Positions 1 through 12,317 of a stretch of DNA of 54,612 bases are shown piece after piece. The notes under the pieces are model-generated. The model saw nothing but the letters and a program-made list of their open reading frames with translations. It searched no databases and was not told the origin of the DNA. The first letter of the stretch is position 1. Each line of letters starts with the position of its first letter. The position numbers and the translations under genes are program-made. This DNA comes from Nemertoderma westbladi (lineage: Eukaryota; Animalia; Xenacoelomorpha). The stretch spans positions 1 to 54,612 of the forward strand of contig JAUCBJ010008932.1 of NCBI GenBank assembly GCA_032718475.1, written 5' to 3'.

Positions 1-364
1 AATACGCGCGGGTGGTAACAGCTGTAGGAGTAAGGCAGGCATCGCGAGGTTAGGCTACGCGTAGGTGATAGGCAGCGATTGGTTGAAGGCAACGACGCGA
101 ATCAATATTGATGGTGACAGATGGTCATTAAACACCTCGATTTAGCACCGGAATTTGGCATTTTTTAATTGCCTCCGAGATGTGGCCCGTAGCCCAGGCT
201 AGGGAGGAGTTAGCCGAGAACTATGCTTCTCCTACTACTGACGAGCCGTATCATTAAACCGTCGGAGTCTCGGAGTATCAGGGTATAAATGAACTAAGCC
301 TAGTCCAATCCAGGCTTCCGTCCTTATCTGGTCGATAAATGAGGAGAAAGGTGACTTGTAAAAC

Positions 365-3300
365 AGTGGAAGATCATCCATTGTGGTGAACAGGCATTCC
401 TTTAGGAAACAGAGTGGAAGGTTTTGCTGTGAAAGATCACCCATGGTGGTGAACAGGCATTCCTTTAGGAAACAGAGTGGAAGGGTTTACTGTGGAAGAT
501 CACCTGTGGTGGTGAACATGAATTTCTTTGGGAAACAGAGTGGAAGGGTTTACTGTGGAAGATCATCCATGATGGTGAACAGGCATTCCTTTAGGAAACA
601 GAGTGGAAGGTTTTGCTGTGGAAGATAACCCATTGTGGTGAACAGGAATTCCTTTAGGAGTCAGAGTGGAAGGTTTTGCTGTGGAAGATCACCTATTGTG
701 GTGAACAGGCATTCCTTTAGGAAACATAGTGGAAGGTTTTGCGGTGGAAGATCACCCATGATGGTGAACAGGTATTCCATTAGGAAACAGAGTGGAAGGT
801 TTTGCTGTGGAAGATCACCCATGATGGTGAACAGGCATTCCTTTAGGAAACAGAGTGGAAGGTTTTGCTGTGGAAGATAACCCATTGTGGTAAACAGGAA
901 TTCCTTTAGAAATCAGAGTGGAAGGTTTTGCTGTGGAAGATCACCTATTGTGGTGAACAGGCATTCCTTTAGGAAACATAGTGGAAGGTTTTGCGGTGGA
1001 AGATCACCCATGATGGTGAACAGGCATTCCTTTAGGAAACACAGTGGAAGGTTTTGCGGTGGAAGATCACCCATGATGGTGAACAGGCATTCCTTTAGGA
1101 AACAGAGTGGAAGGTTTTGCTGTGGAAGATAACCCATTGTGGTGAATAGGAATTCCTTTAGGAGTCAGAGTGGAAGGTTTTGCTGTGGAAGATCACCTAT
1201 TGTGGTGAACAGGCATTCCTTTAGGAAACAGAGTGGAAGGTTTTGCTGTGAAAGATCACCCATGGTGGTGAACAGGCATTCCTTTAGGAAACAGAGTGGA
1301 AGGGTTTACTGTGGAAGATCACCTGTGGTGGTGAACATGAATTTCTTTGGGAAACAGAGTGGAAGGGTTTACTGTGGAAGATCATCCATGATGGTGAACA
1401 GGCATTCCTTTAGGAAACAGAGTGGAAGGTTTTGCTGTGGAAGATAACCCATTGTGGTGAACAGGAATTCCTTTAGGAGTCAGAGTGGAAGGTTTTGCTG
1501 TGGAAGATCACCTATTGTGGTGAACAGGCATTCCTTTAGGAAACATAGTGGAAGGTTTTGCGGTGGAAGATCACCCATGATGGTGAACAGGTATTCCATT
1601 AGGAAACAGAGTGGAAGGTTTTGCTGTGGAAGATCACCCATGATGGTGAACAGGCATTCCTTTAGGAAACAGAGTGGAAGGTTTTGCTGTGGAAGATAAC
1701 CCATTGTGGTAAACAGGAATTCCTTTAGAAATCAGAGTGGAAGGTTTTGCTGTGGAAGATCACCTATTGTGGTGAACAGGCATTCCTTTAGGAAACATAG
1801 TGGAAGGTTTTGCGGTGGAAGATCACCCATGATGGTGAACAGGCATTCCTTTAGGAAACACAGTGGAAGGTTTTGCGGTGGAAGATCACCCATGATGGTG
1901 AACAGGCATTCCTTTAGGAAACAGAGTGGAAGGTTTTGCTGTGGAAGATAACCCATTGTGGTGAATAGGAATTCCTTTAGGAGTCAGAGTGGAAGGTTTT
2001 GCTGTGGAAGATCACCTATTGTGGTGAACAGGCATTCCTTTAGGAAACATAGTGGAAGGTTTTGCGGTGGAAGATCACCCATGATGGTGAACAGGTATTC
2101 CATTAGGAAACAGAGTGGAAGGTTTTGCTGTGGAAGATCACCTATTGTGGTGAACAGGCATTCCTTTAGGAAACAGAGTGGAAGGTTTTGCTGTGGAAGA
2201 TCACCCATTGTGGTGAACAGGAATTCCTTTAGGAATCAGAGTGGAAGGTTTTGCTGTGGAAGATCACCTATTGTGGTGAACAGGCATTCCTTTAGGAAAC
2301 ATAGTGGAAGGTTTTGCTGTGGAAGATCACCTATTGTGGTGAACAGCCATTCCTTTAGGAAACATAGTGGAAGGTTTTGCGGTGGAAGAATACCCATGAT
2401 GGTGAACAGGCAATCCATTGGGAAACAGAGTGGAAGGTTTTGCTGTGGAAGATCACCTATTGTGGTGAATAGCCATTCCTTTAGGAAACAGAGTGGAAGG
2501 TTTTGCTGTGGAAGATCACCCATTGTGGTGAACAGGTATTCCTTTAGGAATCAGAGTGGAAGGTTTTGCTGTGGAAGATCACCCACAACCATGGTGGTGA
2601 ACAGGCATTCCTTTAGGAACCAGAGTGGAAGGGTTTACTGTGGAAGATCACCTATTGTGGTGAACAGGCATTCCTTTAGGAAACAGAGTGGAAGGTTTTG
2701 CTGTGGAAGATCACCCATTGTGGTGAACAGGAATTCCTTTAGGAATCAGAGTGGAAGGTTTTGCTGTGGAAGATCACCTATTGTGGTGAACAGGCATTCC
2801 TTTAGGAAACATAGTGGAAGGTTTTGCGGTGGAAGATCACCCATGATGGTGAACAGGCATTCCATTAGGAAACAGAGTGGAAGGTTTTGCTGTGGAAGAT
2901 CACCTTGTGGTGAACAGGCATTCCTTTAGGAAACAGAGTGGAAGGATTTGCTGTGGAAGATCACCTATTGTGGTGAACAGGCATTCCTTTAGGAAACATA
3001 GTGTTTACTGTGGAAGATCACCCATGGTGGTGAACAGGCATTTCTTTTAGGAAACAGAGAGGAAGGGTTTACTTGTGGAAGATCACCCATGGTGGTGAAT
3101 AGGAATTCCTTTAGGAAACAGAGTGGAAGGGTTTAATGTGGAAGATCACCCATGGTGGTGAACAGGCATTTCTTTTAGGAAACAGAGAGGAAGGGTTTAC
3201 TTGTGGAAGATCACCCATGGTGGTGAATAGGAATTCCTTTAGGAAACAGAGAGGAAGTGTTTACTGTGGAAGACCACCCATGGTGGTGAGCAGGCATTAC

Positions 3301-3955
3301 TCTAGGAAATAGAGTGGAAGGGTTTACTGTGGAAGATCATCCATTGTGGCGAACAGGCATTCCTTTAGGAAACAGAGTGGAAGGGTTTACTGTGGAAGAT
3401 CACCCATGGTGATGAACAGGCATTCCTTTTTAGGAAACCGAGAGGAAACGGTTTACTGTGGAAGATCACCCATGGTGGTGAACAGGAATTCCTTTAGGAA
3501 ACAGAGTGGAGGGGTTTACTGTGGAAGATCACCCATTGTGGTGAATAGGAATTCCTTTAGGAAACGGAGTGGAAGGGTTTACTGTGAATTATCACCCATT
3601 GTGGCGGACAGGCATTCCTTTAGGAAACAGAGTGGAAGGGATTACTGTGGAAGATCACACATGGTGGTGAACAGGCACTTCTCTATGAAACAGAGTGGAA
3701 GGGTTTACTGTGGAAGATCACCCATTGTGGTGAATATGAATTCCTTTAGGAAACGGAGTGGAAGGGTTTACTGTGAATGATCACCCATTGTGGCGGACAG
3801 GCATTCCTTTAGGAAACAGAGTGGAAGGGATTACTGTGGAAGATCACACATGGTGGTGAACAGGCACTACTCTAGGAAACAGAGTGGAAGGGTTTACTGT
3901 GTAAGATCACCCATGGTGGAGATGGAGAACTGGAATTCCTTTAGGAACAGAGAGG
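365..3955. repeat. 63-bp tandem array, about 57 copies, in the DUSP intron, with an 819-bp (13-mer) higher-order duplication
   Basis: Unit GTGGAAGATCACCCATGGTGGTGAACAGGCATTCCTTTAGGAAACAGAGTGGAAGGGTTTACT; 21-aa periodicity in the ORF track; rare variant GAAAGATCAC at 431 and 1250. Confidence 0.97.
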
Positions 3956-4801
3956 AAGGAAAGAGACGCCAGGAGGGGAGTAGTGCAAGATGTGTACCGC
4001 AAATTGCATATGCGTACCGGGCTTAACGCTTAAGAATTACGAAATCAATACAGTACCGATTTGTAGTTGGTTGAAAACTCAATGTTATTAATTAATAGTT
4101 CCTCGATATAATTAGATTAGTTTCAACACCCACGGGGTGCCATTGTCAATAAACAAGGTAAAATACTGTATAAACTAACAGAGTGAGCAGCATACAACAA
4201 AATAGTACCGGTAGCCTAATTGTTTCAGTTTTGGTGTACAGAATAACTACTTTATATAGAATCTTGTAAGTGTAACCAACGATAACGCAAACCTCTAATA
4301 TTTTCAACGATATTTTTCGGTTGCAAGAAGCGGAAAACATGCTTGCTGCCGCTATCAAGTGGCCTAAAAATGACTTGAACTACATATTTTGTTTGGCTTT
4401 AGGAACTCGCAGCGTGAGCCTGAGGACCAAAAGGGTCGTACAATCCACTCTGTTTAACTACCAAAGAATGTGAGATAGCAAGAAAATGGAGAACAGCAGG
4501 TCAGACACAGTGCATCAGACCATTAAGGCGTACTGAGAGCTGATAGTCTGGAAGTATCAGACTGTCCGAAAGATCCAATAGAAAATTGAATAGTTGGAGT
4601 AGGACGATGTGAAACAGGTTGAGTTTGCTGAAACGTCATGTTTATGTACCGGTACCGAAAAGGCAGTAATGCATCTCTACCAATATAAAGAATAAAGAAC
4701 CCAGAGGCACAGCTGCTGCCACTTTAAAAACTACTTACTCTAAACCGGCTGACAGGTAAAGTTAAACTATTAGATTAATTGGCGATGACTCACTCACTCA
4801 C

Positions 4802-5180
4802 CGGATATATACGAGACACTCCATCCATTGATTACTAAACGCCGACAAACGTCGTGCATTAGTGAGCCGGGTGCCATGGTGCTCTCGGAGCAATCGTCGT
4901 ATAGTATTACGTCGTCGTCGTACAGTTGTTTGAGAGGGGGGTGGAAGAGGGCCGCATAGGGGGGCTCGAAACAATCCGGCGAGAGAATGCGTTCCAACGG
5001 TATTTGGCCTTTTAGGAAGCGATTTAACAAGATTTGCGGAGGGGCGAAGATGGTCGCGCCGTCCAGATGGCCCTGGTTGTATGCCTCGCTGGGTCGCACG
5101 TCCAAGATTAGCGGTTGTTTGTAGACCTCCTCTATCACAGCCCCCAACCACGCTACTGTCTGTCGCTGAACTCCCATCAT
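4802..5180 (-). CDS. DUSP6: First coding exon of a DUSP6/7/9 (MKP3)-type dual-specificity MAPK phosphatase (rhodanese/CH2 MAPK-binding domain); downstream exons not found in the window
   Basis: QTVAWL, LILDVRPSEAY..GHL.GA, PQILLNRFLKG, VILYD and YISG resemble DUSP6 KTVAWL, LLMDCRP, IMLRRLQKG, VVLYD and YLEG as recalled. Ends at a phase-1 donor G|GTGAGT at 4801. Paralog assignment is uncertain. Confidence 0.8.
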
Positions 5181-7139
5181 AGCGTTCGAGGACGTAAAAA
5201 TAACTATATATTTCTTATTAGAGTTGCGTTTGTCTATCCAGTCCGCCAGTCAACTGGTAAACCAATTAGAAGTTAGTTCAATTCAGACAGCAGAGGAACA
5301 TAAAATACTATTATAACATTAGGTGTTGTAGCTAAAATGAGCTATAATTATACAGTAATATGCTATAGTTTGGAATTATAAATCTCGTTTAAATAAATCC
5401 GCACTCATCATTAGGGCATAATACGTGGGAAATTATGTCAAATTCTAAGAAAGTAATAAATGGTCCCGTGTGAAGTGAAGTATATCAGACTTTCAGCTGT
5501 TAGTTGTATCTGCTGATCTGTACAGGTTTGGCCGAAGATAGAAAAAGCGCCATAAAACGCGTCATAATGAGAAATTAAAAAAAAACACAAATTATAAATA
5601 TATAAAATGTCGACCTAAAAGTTAAAACCTGATATTATTCACATTGGCGTAATAAATACCGTATTGCGTACAATAATATAATTAATACTTTGGCGATATT
5701 ATGAAAACAAAGGTATCAGAAAAATGTTTAAGAACTAAGAATTATCGCTAAGCCTACATATAATTGTATCCATAATATAATGATAACAATGAAATTAATG
5801 GCACGAGGCAAAATTCTTATGACTAAACAAGTAACAGTATATAATAGAAATTGCGTGACGTAATTAAAGCCAAAACTTGGCGCCAAGTTCATTCTAACAA
5901 TATCTCACAGTCAATAGATTTATATGTCTGGCTGTTTATGACAAATATATAAGCCTACAAAATTACAAAATATACTTAATCATAATTCAGTAATTAACGA
6001 CACGCATACATCCGCCACACTTGTCTACCCACCCAAAGAATTATCAAATGAAATTTATTGGCAGGAAATGTAAAAAAATTGAAACACAGATCAATTAAAT
6101 TTGTTACTGTCTAGGTGTATTCCGATGTATTTATAACTCGAAACTCAAAAACATAAACAAATCTTCTTTCTATCCTACTGTCCTAAGGCCCACTCACTTA
6201 ATCAACAACATTCCTCCATCAGCCCACACTGTCGTCAGACATACTTTTAAATTGGTAAATCTATTTCCCCAGCTAATAACATAACATCAAGATTGTAGGT
6301 AGACTCATTAAAATCAATCACGCTATGGTAAAAAAGTGAACAATATAATTCACAGACATAAATAATGTAGTACACAAGAATACTTTATATTAAATTCAAT
6401 CAATCAACCCGCCACTACTCCAGAGAATATACTACTACGCTAATACACATACACTATTTGATTTCTACCAAACTAGCTAGCCTACCCTATGCAGCTAGCT
6501 GTCAATAAAATTTCTCGAGGGTTATGACCTCACCTGCCCAGCGAGGCGTAATATTATTATTATTGGGCGGGTATGTAAGCCTATATATAACACAAATTAG
6601 CATCACAGTAAAAAACTACTTGTAAGTTGACAAACACTCCGTGAGTAGCCAATAGCAGTGGAGTACATATTGGGCTATGACCAATAGCAAGGCATCATTT
6701 AATGGGTATCATCAGCTCTTTTTCTATACGAAACGTCTACGTCATTGAGGGGAGTGATATGATGTATGTTCTTCAGATTCTACTGCTGCATAATATAATT
6801 TTACTGTGACAGCACCGATTAACCTTGTGGCGATCGAGACAAAATGGAAATCAAGAAATTTTAGTAATTCAAAAAAACAGATGTTTGTTTTGGTTGATTA
6901 TACAAGAATGAGTGTGCGTAAATGTTAAAACGTCATCCATTTTGTAAGTCACTGCATTCTGGCATTGAACGTTAGAGGATGAAAATAAAAGTAATTAATT
7001 ATGAATACATATCAATTAGATATATGACGTAGGTAAAGCTTTTAGTGCGCTTTGCTATAAGTTATCTATTGTATCTTACGCTAAGAATAGAAGCATAGAT
7101 TATTTAGAGACACAATGTACTGTACATGTTAGTTAATTG

Positions 7140-7455
7140 GTAGAAGCTCTGAGGATGGTGTGCTTAAACTGTAAGCATGTGGATGACTTCTGGTACTTTG
7201 GATTATGAATCCGGAAATCTATAATTCGGATACGCAATGGAAAGGCATGGGCAGCATTGATTAGGCTGACTGGGATTTGGAAGTCACACAGAATACATCG
7301 GAATTATTTAGAGCAGCAGTAGAACCAGTACGCCTCTATGGGAGTCCATGTTGTGCACTAACTGCCGAGGTAAAATGCACACATCTCCAATCAGACACTA
7401 TATAACATTGGAGGTGTATCATTGGTCCTCCAAGCTTGACACTTGAAGAACAATA
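7140..7455 (+). mobile_element. Degenerate RTE-type LINE fragment
   Basis: Matches the 51937-53100 element (GCATGTGGATGACTTC, GGAAAGGCATGGGCAGC, TTTAGAGCAGCAGT, CAGACACTATATAACATTGGAGG) with stops and deletions. Confidence 0.85.
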
Positions 7456-7469
7456 ATTGTATTCGTTTT

Positions 7470-7704
7470 TATTAAAGTATTATTCGAACTTGTTGTTGGG
7501 CACTGATTTTGCAAAGTCGGCAATGATGTCCAGGTGGGATCGAACTGGTGACCTCCGAGTTGGAAGTCTGACACTCTAACCATTTAGCTAGCGGCTCAGG
7601 TAAAAGATAGACCTGGAAATACTATCTGATACCTTGTATATCCGCAATTTACCTCCTCATGGCCTCCCAACTGTCAATACCACCATCTGCTGCCACTGTG
7701 CTCA
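7470..7704 (-). mobile_element. SINE-like repeat with a tRNA-like segment (about 7532-7598) preceded by about 105 bp of shared sequence
   Basis: Minus strand has TAGCTAAATGG (A box) and AGTTCGATCC (B box); a second copy lies in the opposite orientation at 12318-13110. Confidence 0.7.
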
Positions 7705-7973
7705 ACCCTACCGTATACTTGGCCGTCTTTTTAACGTAACACTCATGATTATTATTTATCAGCCGAGCGAAGCGAGATCAAAAGCAGGATACGAGAACAG
7801 TAGAAATCTTGGAATGTGCCGGGCGGCATGTTGTAATTTTATTCCCATTTGTGTAACATGTGTTTATATTTTATATTCACTTACAGGACCGCAAGGCTAA
7901 TCGACTCTATAGTTATAATTAGGCTATAGCAGCATAGTGATCTTATTTTAAACTGAATTTTAGAGAATAAAGC

Positions 7974-8087
7974 AAAATTATACAAGAAAATTAAGTAAAA
8001 TTATAAAAGAAAATTAAGTAAAATTATAAAACAAAATTAAGTAAAATTATACAAGAAAATTAAGTAAAATTGTAAAGTAAATTAAGT
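7974..8087. repeat. About 23-bp AT-rich tandem repeat, 5 copies
   Basis: AAAATTATACAAGAAAATTAAGT repeated with variants. Confidence 0.85.
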
Positions 8088-8895
8088 AAAAAATGTAATA
8101 TATTTTAGATTGAGATTTTAGAGTTTTTAACAATATGACGTAACGTTACGATATTTATTGATGTTGGACGCCGAATTTCAGATAGAACCATTTTGATATT
8201 GTACTGTAACGATGTTGTAACGATATTGTAACAGTATTGAGTATTGAGAATTTGTCTTCACTTTCTTTCACAAGTCATACACTTTTAATATTAATATATT
8301 ATTATCAATTAATTCGCATTCATTATTACCGCAGTGAAATAATGTAAATTCAGCTATTGACTGTTTCACAGCCCGTTATCTTCTGTTATACTGAACTATT
8401 GATCAGACTGGAATACAACGTTTATCACATTGGGTTTAAAGTTGTTACTCTGATTATAAATTACAATGCAAGATAATATTACAATGAAGATAATAGTTAA
8501 TACTATTCGTATATTATGCAATCCCAATCTTGTTGTCGAAGAGGATGTTGTCCCATACACCATGTACTGAAATATGGGTTCTCTATTATTTTATTATTAT
8601 TATTATCTATTTATATAGCGCTCTTCTGAGCCAGTTTCGGAGCGCATAAAAACTATAAAATTGTAATCAAAAATATTAAAAAACACAATCAGTTGAGATA
8701 TAAAATAATTTAAAAAGAGTCAACATTAAGTAATGTAAATAATTGATGGGCCCACAAGTTTATTAACCATATGCTTTGTCTAGGAACGTCTTTAGCCTAT
8801 ATTTAAGCCTATATTTTTCTACTATTCACTTCGTTGTTATTGTTGGTGTTGTTGATGTTAATTTCTCGTTAGGTTTTGGTATTAAGAATTGATAC

Positions 8896-8960
8896 GGCCC
8901 CAGTGGCTGCTCAGTTGGCAGAGCGTCGGACTTGGAATCTAGGTACCGAGTTCAATCCCA
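8896..8960 (+). mobile_element. tRNA-derived SINE head or tRNA pseudogene
   Basis: GCTCAGTTGGCAGAGCG A box/D-arm and GAGTTCAATCC B box; no acceptor stem. Confidence 0.55.
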
Positions 8961-9029
8961 TATTCCGGTGAATAGAGTTCCAGACAATAGGTGCCGCAAC
9001 GGAAAAAGCTGGACTACCTGTCATAAGCT

Positions 9030-9455
9030 TATAAACGGTATAGCGGCTGCTACGAGAATTTTCATCCATAGACTTCTGACATTGAGAAGGCATATGGGGA
9101 AAATCATTGGCTGTCCACCAAACCTATTCTCATCAGCAGGTTGCCATAGCACGAGGTTGTGTACTGTACAGGTTAATCCTGCCAGCGGAAACAGTGTCTA
9201 TCAAGCTTCAGGCGGCGTCTCTCTTGTATAACACCCAATTGCTTATCTCTCTTGTATAACACCCAATTGCTTATCTCTCTTGTATAACACCCAATTGCTT
9301 ATCTCTCTTGTATAACACCCAATTGCTTATATGTGTACGGCAACGTTGGGCAACCTGCGTAGCATCCTGGTATATAGAGACCTGCTGCGTTCAGCATAGC
9401 AGTTAGAGCCCAGCATGGGCTGCCATAGAACAGCACAGGCTCCATTTCTGCACGG
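9030..9455 (-). mobile_element. Diverged RTE-type LINE fragment containing a 28-bp x about 4 tandem expansion (9221-9330)
   Basis: Translates PVLFYGSPCWALTA, matching PVLLYGSPCWALTA in the 51973-52926 ORF. Confidence 0.75.
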
Positions 9456-9847
9456 GACCAATGAATAGTTATAAAAATGAGGAATATCAACTGCAGTAAG
9501 ACTACTGTAATATTGATGGAGACAGATAAAATAGTAATTCTGAGTCACCCACGTAGGAGGAGGGAAGTTCACATATATTTTATCATATACTTTATCTAAT
9601 TAATCCTCTCTATCATACCGTATGTATCGATTATGATGTGAGTAACTCACCTTCACGCATATCAAATTCGATACAATAATGATGTGAATAAAAAGGATAA
9701 AGAAGATAAAATATGAGCAATCGCACAATACAACATGCCCCGGAATAGTGGGTGTTTATAATTCCAAAATAGAGCAGTTTCAATGAAAGTGACGGGTTTT
9801 ATCGGATTCTATAATAATTTGGCTTTCGTTTGATATAGTATACTGTA

Positions 9848-9950
9848 ACAAGCAAGCAAGCAAACAGTCGGCCTACCGGAGGCGACCCTAAGACTCCTCT
9901 TTCTATAGCTGCTACCCGGGGGTAGGGGTGGGCGCTACCCACAGTGGGGC
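9848..9950 (-). mobile_element. SINE-like 3' segment with a (TTGC)n tail
   Basis: Reverse complement is homologous to 48740-48822 (TAGCAGCTA..AAAGAGGAG.CTT.G.GTCGCCTCCGG..TGTTTGCT..GCTTGC). Confidence 0.6.
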
Positions 9951-10392
9951 TGAACCAACTTTTAGTCGAAGAAAAATGCCCGGGCAAATTTTTTGATAGA
10001 GTTCAACACGCTGATTCTAAAAATTATGATTTCAAAATCTTGTAACAGTGGCTTTTTGAGATATTTGACTGAATAGTGTTAAATAATTTTGTAATACTAT
10101 TTAATATAATGGGAAATATTTAAATTAAATGCCCACTCTAAATTTCTATTTTATTTTGTAGAAGTGATGTGATGGAATCAAAATATACTTAATATATAAA
10201 TTTATATCGATGGCTTTTTGAAATATTAATATATAAGTAATAATTATTACTGTTTAAGAGACAATTTCGTGAAATGTTACCATTGTTACAATAATTCAAA
10301 CATTTATAAGTATTAAATAATTAAATGTGCGAAGAACATGATGGGAATGCTGGGATATTAATATTACAGAGGAAGGTCAGCACCCGCACGTC

Positions 10393-11872
10393 CTCACACC
10401 TACTTTATCTTACAACCTCACACCTACTTTATCTTACAACCTCACACCTACTTTATCTTACAACCTCACACCTACTTTATCTTACAACCTCACACCTACT
10501 TTATCTTACAACCTCACACCTACTTTATCTTACAACCTCACACCTACTTTATCTTACAACCTCACACCTACTTTATCTTACAACCTCACACCTACTTTAT
10601 CTTACAACCTCACACCTACTTTATCTTACAACCTCACACCTACTTTATCTTACAACCTCACACCTACTTTATCTTACAACCTCACACCTACTTTATCTTA
10701 CAACCTCACACCTACTTTATCTTACAACCTCACACCTACTTTATCTTACAACCTCACACCTACTTTATCTTACAACCTCACACCTACTTTATCTTACAAC
10801 CTCACACCTACTTTATCTTACAACCTCACACCTACTTTATCTTACAACCTCACACCTACTTTATCTTACAACCTCACACCGACTTCTGAACTACCATTAC
10901 ACCTACTTTACCTTACAACCTCACACCTACTTTATCTTACAACCTCACACCTACTTTATCTTACAACCTCACACCTACTTTATCTTACAACCTCACACCT
11001 ACTTTATCTTACAACCTCACACCTACTTTATCTTACAACCTCACACCGACTTCTGAACTACCATTACACCTACTTTACCTTACAACCTCACACCTACTTT
11101 ATCTTACAACCTCACACCTACTTTATCTTACAACCTCACACCGACTTCTGAACTACCATTACACCTACTTTACCTTACAACCTCACACCTACTTTATCTT
11201 ACAACCTCACACCTACTTTATCTTACAACCTCACACCTACTTTATCTTACAACCTCACACCTACTTTATCTTACAACCTCACACCGACTTCTGAACTACC
11301 ATTACACCTACTTTACCTTACAACCTCACACCTACTTTATCTTACAACCTCACACCTACTTTATCTTACAACCTCACACCGACTTCTGAACTACCATTAC
11401 ACCTACTTTACCTTACAACCTCACACCTACTTTATCTTACAACCTCACACCTACTTTATCTTACAACCTCACACCGACTTCTGAACTACCATTACACCTA
11501 CTTTACCTTACAACCTCACACCTACTTTATCTTACAACCTCACACCTACTTTATCTTACAACCTCACACCTACTTTATCTTACAACCTCACACCTACTTT
11601 ATCTTACAACCTCACACCGACTTCTGAACTACCATTACACCTACTTTACCTTACAACCTCACACCTACTTTATCTTACAACCTCACACCTACTTTTTCTT
11701 ACAATACCTCACACCGACTTCTGAACTACCATTACACCTACTTTACCTTACAACCTCACACCTACTTTATCTTACAACCTCACACCTACTTTATCTTACA
11801 ACCTCACACCTACTTTACCTTACAACCTCACACCTACTTTATCTTACAACCTCTCACCTACTTTACCTTACC
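10393..11872. repeat. 24-bp tandem array, interleaved with a variant cassette in its right half
   Basis: Unit CACACCTACTTTATCTTACAACCT; cassette CACACCGACTTCTGAACTACCATTA recurs every few units. Confidence 0.97.
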
Positions 11873-12317
11873 CCCATATTAAATTATTTACCACTGCTAC
11901 ATAATGTTAATATCATGTTTAGCATAACTATATATCTTTCATTATTTCATTGTTACCCCCCCCCCCCCCCCCCCCCCTTTGAATTGTATTAATACGTACC
12001 CACGTGCACCTACTTTACTTGTCTGTACTAGCATTACAACTACTTTACCTTACCCCCATATTAAAATATGTACCACTGTTACATAATATTAACATTCATG
12101 CATAGCATAATATTTTTATTTAATTATTTATTTATTACCCCTTTGCATTGTATTAATAATTACCAGCTTGCACTTACTTTACCTGTCTGGACTACCATTA
12201 CACATGAATAAAGTGTATTATGTAGTGAGTTATATTATGAAATATGACGGACGGTAAGATGAAGTAGGTGTAACAGTATGTGATATAAAATAATTTTTAT
12301 AATTTAGTTGTACCCAA

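Noticed and set aside
238-275. CTGACGA (and CTGAAGA on the minus strand near 53290) as further hammerheads
   Set aside because: No GAAA after a stem II and no closing stems.
235-444. Minus-strand ORF as DUSP exon 2
   Set aside because: No GGF..F continuation or phosphatase motifs, and it starts inside the satellite.
6560-6745. TATA, paired CCAAT and CRE-like cluster as the DUSP promoter
   Set aside because: Plausible, but these are short motifs 1.4 kb from the ATG with no TSS evidence.
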